DNA of 36,509 bases from Aquabacter sp. (GTDB lineage Bacteria; Pseudomonadota; Alphaproteobacteria; Rhizobiales; Xanthobacteraceae). Below the pieces are notes generated by a model. It made no database searches. It saw only the letters and a list, made by a program, of their open reading frames with translations, and was not told where the DNA came from. Made by a program: the position numbers and the translations under genes. The DNA lies in assembly GCA_030147645.1 (NCBI GenBank), contig JASBUY010000230.1, positions 1 through 36,509 on the forward strand, in the 5' to 3' direction. Below, one piece after another: positions 27,714 through 36,509 of this stretch. The first letter of the stretch is position 1. Every line of letters begins with the position of its first letter.

Positions 27714-28532
27714 GGTGACCGCCACGGGCACGTGGTCGGACGGCTTGTCCCAGCTGCGCGCCTCGCGCAGCACCGTCATGGAGCGTGCCTTTGGGGCAAG
27801 CGCGGGATTGGCCCAGACATGGTCGAGGCGTCGCCCGCGGTCATTGGCGGTCCAGTCCGGCGAGCGATAGCTCCACCAGGTGAACAGCTTCTCCTGCGGG
27901 GGGACGAAACCGCGCATCACGTCCACCCAAGGGCCTGCCGCCTGGAAGCGGGTGAGGCGATCCACTTCGACCGGGGTGTGGCTGACCACGGTGAGCAACT
28001 GCTTGTGGCTCCACACATCCGCTTCCAGCGGGGCGATATTGAGGTCCCCCACAAGCACGCCATGGGCCTCGGGGTCGCGGGCGAGTTGCGGCAGGGGCTC
28101 CCAGGCGATCATCTCGTCGAGGAAAGCGAGCTTGTGCGCGAATTTGGGGTTGAGGTCGGGATCGGGAATGTCGCCCCCGGCCGGCACATAGAAATTATGG
28201 ACCGTGAAGGGTTTGGCGAGGCCCGCCGCGGCGCCGAGCGTGACCGCCACATGGCGCGCGTCGCCCTTGCCGCAGAATTCCTGCTTCTCCACGCGCTCGA
28301 ACGGCAAACGCGAGAAGGTCGCGACGCCATGCCAGCCCTTCTGCCCGTTCAGCGCGATGTGCTCGAAACCGAGGTCGCGAATGGCCTTGAGCGGAAACTT
28401 GTCGTCCTGGCACTTGGTCTCTTGGAGGCAGAGCACGTCCGGCTTCAGGCGCTCCACCGCGTCCTTCACGATTTCGAGGCGGATGCGCACCGAATTGATG
28501 TTCCAGGTGCAGACGGTGAGGCTCTTGGACAA
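27702..28532 (-). CDS. xth: Exodeoxyribonuclease III
   Basis: TWNINSVR, LCLQETK, NFYVPAG, GDLNIAP, FTWWSYR, GRRLDH and PSDHVPV. TTG start. Confidence 0.95.
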   Translation of the reverse strand: MSKSLTVCTWNINSVRIRLEIVKDAVERLKPDVLCLQETKCQDDKFPLKAIRDLGFEHIALNGQKGWHGVATFSRLPFERVEKQEFCGKGDARHVAVTLGAAAGLAKPFTVHNFYVPAGGDIPDPDLNPKFAHKLAFLDEMIAWEPLPQLARDPEAHGVLVGDLNIAPLEADVWSHKQLLTVVSHTPVEVDRLTRFQAAGPWVDVMRGFVPPQEKLFTWWSYRSPDWTANDRGRRLDHVWANPALAPKARSMTVLREARSWDKPSDHVPVAVTFDL

Positions 28533-28714
28533 GGCGGCACCCCAGATGGAGGGAGGCCAGACTTAACCTCGCCGACCCCACCTCACAAGACCGCCGGCCC
28601 CGGAGGTCTGCGCCCGGCGCGCGCGCGCGCCCGCCGACATGCCCGATTGCGCCTTGCCAGCAACCCCTTGCGCCCGCGATAAGACGGGCCACGCACACAT
28701 AGAGGGAGGCTCCC

Positions 28715-30148
28715 ATGTATCGTGACGTTCAGCTCCACATCGACGGACAGTGGCGCGGCGCGGAAGGGGGGCGCACCATCCCCGTGCTCAATCCCGCGAC
28801 CGAAGAGGTGATCGGCACCGTCGCCCACGCCTCCAAGGGCGATCTCGACGCCGCCCTCGACGCGGCCGCGAAGGGCTTCAAGCTGTGGGCCAAGGTCTCG
28901 GCCTATGACCGCTCCAAGGTGATGCGCAAGGCCGCCGATCTGCTGCGCGAGCGCGCCGGCGACATCGCCCGCCTCATGACCCTGGAACAGGGCAAGCCGC
29001 TGGCGGAAGCCAAGATGGAGACCCTGGCGGCGGCCGACATCATCGACTGGTTCGCCGAGGAAGCGCGCCGTGCCTATGGCCGCGTCATCCCGGCCCGCGC
29101 CCAGGGCGTCTACCAGTTGGTGGTGAAGGAGCCGGTCGGTCCGGTCGCGGCCTTCACGCCCTGGAACTTCCCGATCAACCAGGTGGTGCGCAAGCTCTCC
29201 GCCGCGCTCGCGGCGGGCTGCTCCATTATCGTCAAGGCGCCGGAAGAGACCCCCGCCTCTCCGGCCGAGCTGATCCGCGCCTTCGTGGATGCCGGCGTGC
29301 CGGCCAGCGTCATCGGCCTCATCTATGGCGTGCCGGCGGAGATCAGCGAATATCTCATCCCGCATCCCGTCATCCGCAAGGTGACCTTCACCGGCTCCAC
29401 CCCGGTCGGCAAGCAGCTCTCGGCGCTGGCCGGCGCGCATATGAAGCGCATCACCATGGAGCTGGGCGGCCACTCCCCGGTGATCGTGTTCGAGGATGCC
29501 GACGTGGACGCGGCGGCCAAGCAGATCGCGGCCGCCAAGTTCCGCAATGCCGGCCAGGTCTGCGTCTCGCCCACCCGCTTCATGGTGCAGGAGAAGGCTT
29601 ACGACCAGTTCGTGGAGCGGTTCGTCGCCCACGCCAAGACCATCAAGGTGGGCAATGGCCTTGAGGACGGCATCCAGATGGGCCCGCTCGCCAATGAGCG
29701 CCGCGTGCCGGCCATCGAGGCGCTGCTGGCGGATGCCCAGCAGAAGGGTGCCGAGGTGAAGACCGGCGGCAGCCGTATCGGCAATAAGGGCTATTTCTTC
29801 GAGCCGACCGTGGTCACCGGCGTCACCCGCGAGATGCGCATGATGAACGAGGAGCCGTTCGGCCCGCTCGCCATGATCTTCCCCTTCTCGGACTTCGACG
29901 AGGCGGTGGAAGAGGCGAACCGGCTGCCCTACGGCCTTGCCTCCTACGCTTATACCCGCTCGGCCAAGACCGCGAATGCCATTGCCGCCTCGGTCGAGGC
30001 GGGCATGATGACCATCAACCATCTCGGCCTGGCGCTGCCGGAAGTCCCCTTCGGCGGCGTGAAGGATTCGGGCTTTGGCTCGGAAGGCGGCTCGGAGGCC
30101 ATCGAGGCCTATCTGAACCCGAAGTTCGTGTCGCAGGCCGGCATCTGA
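28715..30148 (+). CDS. NAD(P)-dependent succinate-semialdehyde dehydrogenase-like aldehyde dehydrogenase
   Basis: [38 protein letters not shown] and [14 protein letters not shown]. Substrate (succinic vs alpha-ketoglutaric semialdehyde) is not resolvable here. Confidence 0.92.
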   Translation: MYRDVQLHIDGQWRGAEGGRTIPVLNPATEEVIGTVAHASKGDLDAALDAAAKGFKLWAKVSAYDRSKVMRKAADLLRERAGDIARLMTLEQGKPLAEAKMETLAAADIIDWFAEEARRAYGRVIPARAQGVYQLVVKEPVGPVAAFTPWNFPINQVVRKLSAALAAGCSIIVKAPEETPASPAELIRAFVDAGVPASVIGLIYGVPAEISEYLIPHPVIRKVTFTGSTPVGKQLSALAGAHMKRITMELGGHSPVIVFEDADVDAAAKQIAAAKFRNAGQVCVSPTRFMVQEKAYDQFVERFVAHAKTIKVGNGLEDGIQMGPLANERRVPAIEALLADAQQKGAEVKTGGSRIGNKGYFFEPTVVTGVTREMRMMNEEPFGPLAMIFPFSDFDEAVEEANRLPYGLASYAYTRSAKTANAIAASVEAGMMTINHLGLALPEVPFGGVKDSGFGSEGGSEAIEAYLNPKFVSQAGI

Positions 30149-30154
30149 AAACCC

Positions 30155-30183
30155 GGGTGGAGCCGGCGGGGCCGGCTCCACCC
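30155..30183 (+). terminator. Strong hairpin after the aldehyde dehydrogenase
   Basis: GGGTGGAGCCGGC-ggg-GCCGGCTCCACCC, a 13-bp perfect stem with a weak U tract. Confidence 0.65.
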
Positions 30184-30238
30184 TTACTGCCGACGCGAGA
30201 CGCGCCAAAAATATCCCTTTCCCCGATCGTCCGTCTTC

Positions 30239-30263
30239 CGTTATGTAGTTCAACCACACAACG
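30239..30263. promoter_or_regulatory. Mo-box (ModE/Mop operator) candidate
   Basis: CGTTATGTA-N7-CACACAACG resembles CGNTATATA-N6/7-TATATANCG, just upstream of the modE RBS. Confidence 0.72.
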
Positions 30264-30277
30264 AAGGAACACGCGCC

Positions 30278-31069
30278 TTGCCCATTGAAGCCCTGGTCAG
30301 CCTGAAGGCCGAGAGCCTTTCGCCCATCGGCCGGGAGCGCATTCGCCTGCTGGAGGCCGTCGCGCGCGAGGGCTCGATTACGGCCGGAGCCAAGGCGGTT
30401 GGCTTGACCTACAAGGCCGCCTGGGACGCGCTGGACGCCATGGCGAACCTGTTCGGGCAGCCGCTGCTGGAAACCCGCGCGGGCGGCAAGGCGGGCGGCG
30501 GCGCGCGCCTGACCCCCACCGGCATCAAGGTCATCGCCGCCTTTTCCCGGCTGGAGGGCGAAATGGCGCGCCTCGTGCGCCTGATCGAGCCCGAGCTTGC
30601 CGGAACCGGCATCTCCCCCCTCAACCTCATGTCGGGTTTCCTCATGAAGACCAGCGCCCGCAACGCCTTGCGCGGCACCATCTGCGACATCACCTCGGAT
30701 GCGCTCGCCGCCGAGGTGGCGCTGCGCGTCTCCGCAGACACGGTGCTCTATGCCCTGGTGACCATGGAAAGCGTGCGCGATCTCGGCCTGTGCGTCGGTC
30801 GCGATGCGGTGGCGCTGGTGAAGGCGCCGTTCGTGGTGATCGCACCCGGAGAGGTCGCCCCGCGCGTGAGCGTCCGCAACTGCCTGCCCGGCACCATCGC
30901 GCGCGTCGAGACCGGCGCTGTCGGCGCTGAAGTCGTGCTTGAGATCGGCGAGGGCAAGACCATCGCCTCTTCCCTCACCGCCCGCAGCGTCGAGACGCTG
31001 GGCCTTGAACCGGGTCGCCCCGCCTTCGCCCTGGTGGACGCCGCCCACGTCATTCTCGCCATCGATTGA
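30278..31069 (+). CDS. modE: Molybdate-responsive regulator (ModE/MopA-B type: HTH plus two TOBE domains)
   Basis: GSITAGAKAVGLTYKAAWD, GGKAGGGARLT, MKTSARNALRG and SVRNCLPG. TTG start after AAGGA. Confidence 0.92.
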   Translation: MPIEALVSLKAESLSPIGRERIRLLEAVAREGSITAGAKAVGLTYKAAWDALDAMANLFGQPLLETRAGGKAGGGARLTPTGIKVIAAFSRLEGEMARLVRLIEPELAGTGISPLNLMSGFLMKTSARNALRGTICDITSDALAAEVALRVSADTVLYALVTMESVRDLGLCVGRDAVALVKAPFVVIAPGEVAPRVSVRNCLPGTIARVETGAVGAEVVLEIGEGKTIASSLTARSVETLGLEPGRPAFALVDAAHVILAID

Positions 31070-31081
31070 GGGGTTCGGCCC

Positions 31082-31840
31082 ATGACGCATCACACCCGAC
31101 TCAGCCATTTGGCCCTGACCCGTGCCGCCATGGCGGCCTTCGCAGGGCCCGCGCGCGCGGACGAAATCAAGGTGGCGGTGGCCGCCAATTTCACCGAGCC
31201 GGCGAAGCAGATCGCGGCGCTGTTCAAGGAGAAGACCGGCCACGAGGCGGTGCTGAGCTTCGGCTCGTCGGGCCAGTTCTACACTCAGATCACCCAGGAC
31301 GCGCCGTTCGTCATCCTGCTCTCGGCGGATGATGAACGGCCGAAGAAGCTGGTGGCGGACGGGCTGGCGCTCGCCGACAGCCGCTTCACCTATGCAGTGG
31401 GCAAGCTGGTGCTCTGGAGCAAGACCGAGGGCTATGTGAAGGGCGAGGAGACGTTGAAGGCCGACGCCTTCAGCAAGATTTCCATCGCCAATCCCACCGC
31501 CGCCCCCTATGGCGCCGCCGCCATCGAGACGCTGAAGGCGCTGAAGCTCTACGACACGCTCCAGGCGAAGATCGTCCAGGGCAATTCCATCGCCCAGGCC
31601 TTCCAGTTCGTGGATACCGCCAATGCCGAACTCGGCTTCGTGGCGCTCTCGCAGGTCATCAAGGCCGGCGGCTCGCGCTGGCTCGTGCCTCAGTCGCTCT
31701 ATACGCCCATTCTTCAGGATGCGGTTCTGCTGAAGAAGGGTGCGGACAGCGCCGCCGCCAGGGCCTTCCTCGACTTCCTCAAGGGGCCGGAAGCGCGCGG
31801 CGTGATCGAATCGTTCGGCTATGGCCTCGCCGCAGGCTGA
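31082..31840 (+). CDS. modA: Molybdate ABC transporter substrate-binding protein
   Basis: VAVAANF, FGSSG, LSAD, IANPTAAPYG and GFVALSQ. Confidence 0.95.
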   Translation: MTHHTRLSHLALTRAAMAAFAGPARADEIKVAVAANFTEPAKQIAALFKEKTGHEAVLSFGSSGQFYTQITQDAPFVILLSADDERPKKLVADGLALADSRFTYAVGKLVLWSKTEGYVKGEETLKADAFSKISIANPTAAPYGAAAIETLKALKLYDTLQAKIVQGNSIAQAFQFVDTANAELGFVALSQVIKAGGSRWLVPQSLYTPILQDAVLLKKGADSAAARAFLDFLKGPEARGVIESFGYGLAAG

Positions 31841-31846
31841 GACAGA

Positions 31847-32533
31847 ATGGAGACCCCGCTCGGCGATCTGTGGAGCCCGATCCGGCTGACGCTGGAACTC
31901 GCGAGCCTGACCACCTTCCTTTTGCTGGTGGTGGGCACGCCGCTCGCCTGGTGGCTGGCCCGCACCCACGCCTGGTGGAAGGAGGGTGTCGCGACCCTCG
32001 TGGCGATGCCGCTCGTCCTGCCGCCCACCGTCCTCGGCTTCTATCTGCTCATCGCGCTCGGCCCCTCGGGGGCCGGCACCGTCACGGGACCGCTGCTCGG
32101 GCTGCGCACGCTTGCCTTCACCTTTGAAGGGCTGGTCATCGGCTCTGTCTTCTATTCGCTGCCCTTTGTGGTCCAGCCCATCCGCAACGCCTTCGAGGCC
32201 ATGGGAGAGCGGCCTCTGGAAGTCGCTGCGACCCTGCGCGCCTCGCCTTTCAAGGCGTTTTGGACCGTGGCGGTGCCGCTCGCCCGTCCCGGCTTTCTCA
32301 CGGGCGCGGTGCTGGGCTTTGCGCATACCGTGGGCGAATTCGGCGTGGTCCTCATGATCGGGGGCAATATTCCGGGCGAGACCAAGGTGCTGTCGGTGGC
32401 GATCTATGACTTCGTGGAAAGCGCCCAATGGCGGGAGGCGCATATCCTGGCCGCCGGCATGGTCGTGTTCGCCTTCAGCGTGATCCTCGCCATGACGCTC
32501 ATTCAGTCCCGCGCCGCGAAGGCCGGCGCATGA
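31847..32533 (+). CDS. modB: Molybdate ABC transporter permease
   Basis: [23 protein letters not shown] and [22 protein letters not shown]. Confidence 0.96.
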   Translation: METPLGDLWSPIRLTLELASLTTFLLLVVGTPLAWWLARTHAWWKEGVATLVAMPLVLPPTVLGFYLLIALGPSGAGTVTGPLLGLRTLAFTFEGLVIGSVFYSLPFVVQPIRNAFEAMGERPLEVAATLRASPFKAFWTVAVPLARPGFLTGAVLGFAHTVGEFGVVLMIGGNIPGETKVLSVAIYDFVESAQWREAHILAAGMVVFAFSVILAMTLIQSRAAKAGA

Positions 32534-33648
32534 GCATCGCCCCGCCGCCCCTCGACTTCACCGCCGAGCCGCTGATTCGCGCGGCCTTCACCGGCGCGCT
32601 GGGGCGCTTCACGCTCGACGTGTCCCTTTGCGTTCCCGCCCGTGGGGTCACCGCCCTGTTCGGCCCCTCGGGATGCGGAAAGACGTCTGTTTTGCGCTGC
32701 ATCGCCGGGCTGAACCGCCTGCCGGGAAGCTGCATCGTGGGCGGGGAGACCTGGCAGGATGAAGTTCGTTTTCGCCCGGCCCATCGGCGCCCGGTGGGAT
32801 ATGTCTTCCAGGAGGCGAGCCTCTTTCCGCATTTATCGGTGCGGCGAAACCTGACCTATGGCGCCCCCCGCGATCCAGCGCAGCATGGGATCGCCTTTGA
32901 CGATGTCGTGCCCTTGCTGGGGCTCGGCCACCTGCTGGACCGTGCGCCCCAGAATTTGTCGGGCGGTGAGCGCCAGCGGGTGGCGGTCGGCAGGGCTTTG
33001 CTGTCGCAGCCGCGCCTGCTGCTGATGGACGAGCCGCTTTCCGCGCTCGACCGTGCCACCAAGGACGAGATCCTCCCCTTCCTGGAGCGGCTGCACGCCG
33101 CTTTGGACCTGCCGATGCTCTATGTCAGCCATGACATGGCCGAGGTGGAGCGTCTCGCCGACCATCTGGTCCTCATGGCGGAGGGCCGCATCACGGCGAG
33201 CGGCCCCCTGGCCGAGCTTCAGAGCGATCCCCGCCTGCCGCTGGCGGCGGCACGCGAGGCGAGCGTGAGCTTGGACGCCACCATCACGCGCCACGACCAC
33301 GGCCTCACCGAACTCGCCGTGCGTGGCGGGCGGTTCCTGGTGCCGGGCACGGTCGGGCCGGTGGGCGCCCGGCGACGTCTGAGCGTGGTTGCGGGTGATG
33401 TGAGCCTCGCCCTTGAGCGCCCCTCGCCCAGTACCATCCTCAATGTCCTGGAAGGCCGCATTCTCTCCGCCGCGCCGCTACGGGAGGCGGAGATGACCGT
33501 CGTTCTGGGCCTCGGCACGTCAGGCGAGGGCGACCGGCTCCTGGCTCGCGTCACGCGTCGGTCCTGGGACCTTCTCAGCCTCGCGGAAGGCCGCACGGTC
33601 CATGTTCAGGTGAAAGGCGTCGCCCTGGCCCACCCCGCCCCGGTCTGA
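32530..33648 (+). CDS. modC: Molybdate ABC transporter ATPase
   Basis: [22 protein letters not shown] and YVSH, plus a C-terminal TOBE domain (STILNVL). ATGA coupling to modB. Confidence 0.95.
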   Translation: MSIAPPPLDFTAEPLIRAAFTGALGRFTLDVSLCVPARGVTALFGPSGCGKTSVLRCIAGLNRLPGSCIVGGETWQDEVRFRPAHRRPVGYVFQEASLFPHLSVRRNLTYGAPRDPAQHGIAFDDVVPLLGLGHLLDRAPQNLSGGERQRVAVGRALLSQPRLLLMDEPLSALDRATKDEILPFLERLHAALDLPMLYVSHDMAEVERLADHLVLMAEGRITASGPLAELQSDPRLPLAAAREASVSLDATITRHDHGLTELAVRGGRFLVPGTVGPVGARRRLSVVAGDVSLALERPSPSTILNVLEGRILSAAPLREAEMTVVLGLGTSGEGDRLLARVTRRSWDLLSLAEGRTVHVQVKGVALAHPAPV

Positions 33649-33658
33649 CCTCTGGCGG

Positions 33659-34498
33659 TCAAAGACTGAGCCGGCGCGCCGCGCGCAGCGGCGTGGTGGC
33701 CGCGATCCGCGCCAAGGCCGGCGCCAGCGGCTCGCGCGCCACATTCATGTGGAAGGCGTTGGCGTGCAGCAGCGTCTGCGGCGTCTCGACCATCGCCACA
33801 TGGCCGGGCCAGAACAGCAGGTCTCCGCGGGCGAACGGCCCGTCCAGCGACACCGGCTCGCCCAAAGCCGCCTCCTGCATGTCGCTGTCGCGTGGACAAG
33901 CGATGCCGCAGGCCGATAGAGCCATCTGCACAAGGCCGGAACAGTCGAACCCGAAAGCAGAGCGCCCACCCCACAGATAGGGCGTGCCGAGGAAGCGGCC
34001 GGCGACATCGACGAAATCGGCGTCCCGCGTGTCCATCGGCGCGAGATGGGCCGCAAAGAGGAAGCCGTCCGGTCCGCGCAGAAAGGAACCGCGCGCGTCG
34101 CTCATCCGCACCTGCGCCCCAAAAGGCAGGGTCGCGAGCGGCGGCAGCTTGATATCCGGGCCGGGAAACAGAAACGTGCGCGGCGCACAGACCCGGTGTG
34201 TGGCCGGTCCATCCTCGACGCGCAGCGCGTCGCTCGGCATGTAGCCCACATAGGAATCGCCGGCGAGCTGAACAAAGGACCAGCCCTCCGCGTCGCTGTC
34301 ATAGACGGTGACGGCCTCTCCCAGCAGCGCCTCGGTGTCCAAGGGCGCGGTTGGGTGCGGATCGCGCCGAACCGGAGCCACCGGCACCGCCACGACACGC
34401 GCCTCCCCCGCCACATAGCGCGGGGCCTCCATGACGCCGCGCAAGGACTCCGCGGCAAAGTCCGCACGGGCGGGCGTCAGGCGCGGATCGCGGGTCAT
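33659..34498 (-). CDS. NlpC/P60 (C40) peptidase with N-terminal SH3-like region
   Basis: DPRLTPAR, FLGTPYLWGG, DCSGLVQ, PRDSDMQ, GDLLFWPGHV and LLHAN. ATGA coupling with the aminopeptidase. Confidence 0.92.
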   Translation of the reverse strand: MTRDPRLTPARADFAAESLRGVMEAPRYVAGEARVVAVPVAPVRRDPHPTAPLDTEALLGEAVTVYDSDAEGWSFVQLAGDSYVGYMPSDALRVEDGPATHRVCAPRTFLFPGPDIKLPPLATLPFGAQVRMSDARGSFLRGPDGFLFAAHLAPMDTRDADFVDVAGRFLGTPYLWGGRSAFGFDCSGLVQMALSACGIACPRDSDMQEAALGEPVSLDGPFARGDLLFWPGHVAMVETPQTLLHANAFHMNVAREPLAPALARIAATTPLRAARRLSL

Positions 34499-35853
34499 GC
34501 GCCATACCGCTCCGCCAGGAGCGCATCCAGAGCGCGGAGCGTCTGCGCCTCGCCCCCTTCCGGGCGGCCGGGCCGCGCCGAGGGGTTCCAGGCATAGATG
34601 TCGAGATGCAGCCAGGCCTTCGCGGCTTCGACGAAGCGCGACATGAACAGAGCCGCGGTGATGGAGCCGGCAAAACCGCCTGCGCCCGCATTGTTGATGT
34701 CGGCAACCTTGGAATCGAGCATGGAGAGATAAGGCTTCCAGAGCGGCATGCGCCACAGCGGATCGCCCTCCGCCTGCGCGTGCCGGGCGAGGTCGGCGGC
34801 GAGCGCCTCGTCATCCGTGTAGGCGGGGGGCAGGTGGGGGCCGAGCGCGACGCGGGCGGCGCCGGTCAGCGTCGCGAAATCCACCAGAAGCTCGGGCGCC
34901 TCCTCGTCCGCAAGGGCGAGCGCGTCCGCCAGCACCAGCCGGCCCTCGGCATCCGTATTGCCGATCTCCACGCTGATGCCCTTGCGGCTCTTCAGGATAT
35001 CGCCGGGGCGGAAGGCGTCTCCCGCGATGGAATTCTCGACCGCCGCGATCAGCACCCGCAGCCGGACCTTCAGGCCGCGCGCCATGACGAGCCGGGCGAG
35101 GCCCAGCGCGTGGGCCGCGCCGCCCATATCCTTCTTCATCAAGAGCATGCCCGAGGAGGGCTTGATATCGAGTCCGCCGGTATCGAAGCACACGCCCTTG
35201 CCCACGAGCGTCACCTTGGGGTGATGCGCCTCGCCCCAGGTGAGATCGATGAGGCGCGGCGCGCGCGAAGCGGCGCGACCAACGGCATGGATCAGGGGGA
35301 AATTTTCGGTCAGCAGCGCCGCGCCTTCCACGGTGCGCACTTGCGCGCCGAAAGTGTCGGCCAAAGCGCGGGCGGCGCTCTCCAACTCGGCGGGACCCAT
35401 ATCGTTGGCGGGCGTATTGACGAGATCGCGCACCTGGAAGACGGCGGACAGCGTCCGCTCCAGGGCGGCGCGGTCCTCGTCGGCGCCGAGCTTGAGGCGG
35501 GCCAGTTCACCGGCCTTCTTGGCCTTGTAGCGGTCGAAGCGATAGGTGCCGAGCCCGAAGGCCAGGGCCGAGCGCGCAGGGAATGCGCCCTCCAGATGCA
35601 CCACCCCTCCCGCCGGCAGAAGTGCGGGCAGCGCGCCGGCGGCAAAGCCGTCGCCGGTCGCGGGAAGGCCGAACAGAAACCCAGCGATTCCCCCGTCGTG
35701 ATCGGGGAGCGCCAGCAGCTTCCCCGCCTCTCCCGTGAAGCCCGCGGCCTGCGCGAAGGCGCGGGCACCATCCGGCAGGTCCGCCAGGCCTTGGGCGGTT
35801 ACGCCGAACACCGGCAGGCTCGGCGCGTCAGGGGCGGCGAAGCAATCGATCAT
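34495..35853 (-). CDS. Leucyl aminopeptidase family (M17) protein
   Basis: LVGKGVCFDTGG, MKKDMGG, NTDAEGRL and ATLTGA. Confidence 0.95.
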   Translation of the reverse strand: MIDCFAAPDAPSLPVFGVTAQGLADLPDGARAFAQAAGFTGEAGKLLALPDHDGGIAGFLFGLPATGDGFAAGALPALLPAGGVVHLEGAFPARSALAFGLGTYRFDRYKAKKAGELARLKLGADEDRAALERTLSAVFQVRDLVNTPANDMGPAELESAARALADTFGAQVRTVEGAALLTENFPLIHAVGRAASRAPRLIDLTWGEAHHPKVTLVGKGVCFDTGGLDIKPSSGMLLMKKDMGGAAHALGLARLVMARGLKVRLRVLIAAVENSIAGDAFRPGDILKSRKGISVEIGNTDAEGRLVLADALALADEEAPELLVDFATLTGAARVALGPHLPPAYTDDEALAADLARHAQAEGDPLWRMPLWKPYLSMLDSKVADINNAGAGGFAGSITAALFMSRFVEAAKAWLHLDIYAWNPSARPGRPEGGEAQTLRALDALLAERYGA

Positions 35854-35905
35854 GGCTTATCTCCTCCCGTTGGAGGTAGCACGGGGATGGCGAGCCGGGA
35901 ATGGA

Positions 35906-36370
35906 TCAGACCAGTGCGGCCATGAGCCCGGACTGGGGAAACAGCAGGAGGCCCGCGCCAGCAAGCGCAACCCCATAGGGCAGCGAGGGAAAGCGGCCGC
36001 TGGCGCGATGATGGTTCCAGGTGGCGACCACCACCAGAACGAGGCCGATGCCGGCGCATACCAGCGCGAAGGCGGGCAATTGCGCGGGATCGAGCCAGAG
36101 CGCGAGCGCACCCGCAAGCTTCGCATCCCCCGCGCCAATAATGTCCTGCGCGAACAAAGCGAAGCCGGTGCCGAGCACAGCGAGCGCCGCGAGAAGGCGC
36201 GCGGGAATATCGGGCACAGCCGCCGTGAGGCAGAGCAGGGCGAAGCCCAGCGCCAGCAGCGCGACTACGGCATTGGGAATGATCCGCCCGATCAGATCGC
36301 TCGATATGGCGAGGGCCAGAGCGGCGGGAAACAGGAAATTCACCAGAAGAGCGGGCACGAGCGCGCTCAT
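35906..36370 (-). CDS. cpaA: Prepilin peptidase (A24, CpaA/TadV-like)
   Basis: SSDLIGRIIPN (first Asp), GAGDAKL (second Asp) and C-terminal LPYGVAL. Lies immediately downstream of a Flp pilin. Confidence 0.85.
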   Translation of the reverse strand: MSALVPALLVNFLFPAALALAISSDLIGRIIPNAVVALLALGFALLCLTAAVPDIPARLLAALAVLGTGFALFAQDIIGAGDAKLAGALALWLDPAQLPAFALVCAGIGLVLVVVATWNHHRASGRFPSLPYGVALAGAGLLLFPQSGLMAALV

Positions 36371-36378
36371 GGAACGCC

Positions 36379-36509
36379 TCAATTCCCGGCGACGGCGCTT
36401 GCCGCCTTCATGCGCACCAACGCAAAGCCGACCTGCGTCAGCACGGTCACGATGGCGATGGACAGCCCGGCCGCGATGAGCCCGTATTCCAGAGCGGTCG
36501 AACCGCGCT
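36379..36509 (-). CDS. Flp family type IVb/c pilin, 3' part (start lies beyond the right edge)
   Basis: Absent from the ORF track. Manual translation gives ...RGSTALEYGLIAAGLSIAIVTVLTQVGFALVRMKAASAVAGN*, with the Flp motif G|xxxxEY followed by a hydrophobic helix. Confidence 0.88.
   Translation of the reverse strand, partial: RGSTALEYGLIAAGLSIAIVTVLTQVGFALVRMKAASAVAGN

Noticed and set aside
28583-32443. 1286-aa antisense ORF spanning the dehydrogenase, modE, modA and modB
   Set aside because: All four sense genes start in the same frame (28715, 30278, 31082 and 31847 are all 2 mod 3), so the stop-poor antisense shadow frame typical of high-GC codon usage runs through. No recognisable motifs.

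Overview
High-GC alphaproteobacterial chromosomal window (Hyphomicrobiales; Xanthobacteraceae-like by gene content, not confirmable here), mostly core and metabolic genes. In order: sahR-metF-metH (metH runs off the left edge); an L,D-transpeptidase with a long repetitive N-terminus; hdeD and an SGNH hydrolase; pmtA-phosphatase-pyrF-dapB; galU/galE; an MltB-type lytic transglycosylase; a 5-oxoprolinase divergent from a TRAP transporter and a MarR regulator; a divergent PhaZ-like depolymerase; a secreted GHSLG hydrolase-like protein; lutABC; a YkuD gene divergent from cenR and a cNMP-binding protein; xth; a gabD-like dehydrogenase; modE-modABC; NlpC/P60 and an M17 aminopeptidase; and a prepilin peptidase with a Flp pilin cut by the right edge. 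I saw no transposase, tRNA, rRNA or CRISPR array. The clearest non-coding signal is two copies of a 116-bp double-hairpin RIME/MITE-like element with a compensatory base change. There are also candidate operators (SahR, MarR, ModE, possibly NtrX) and a probable pyroglutamate uptake/salvage module. I found no unambiguous wholly new system; the findings are leads with stated tests.
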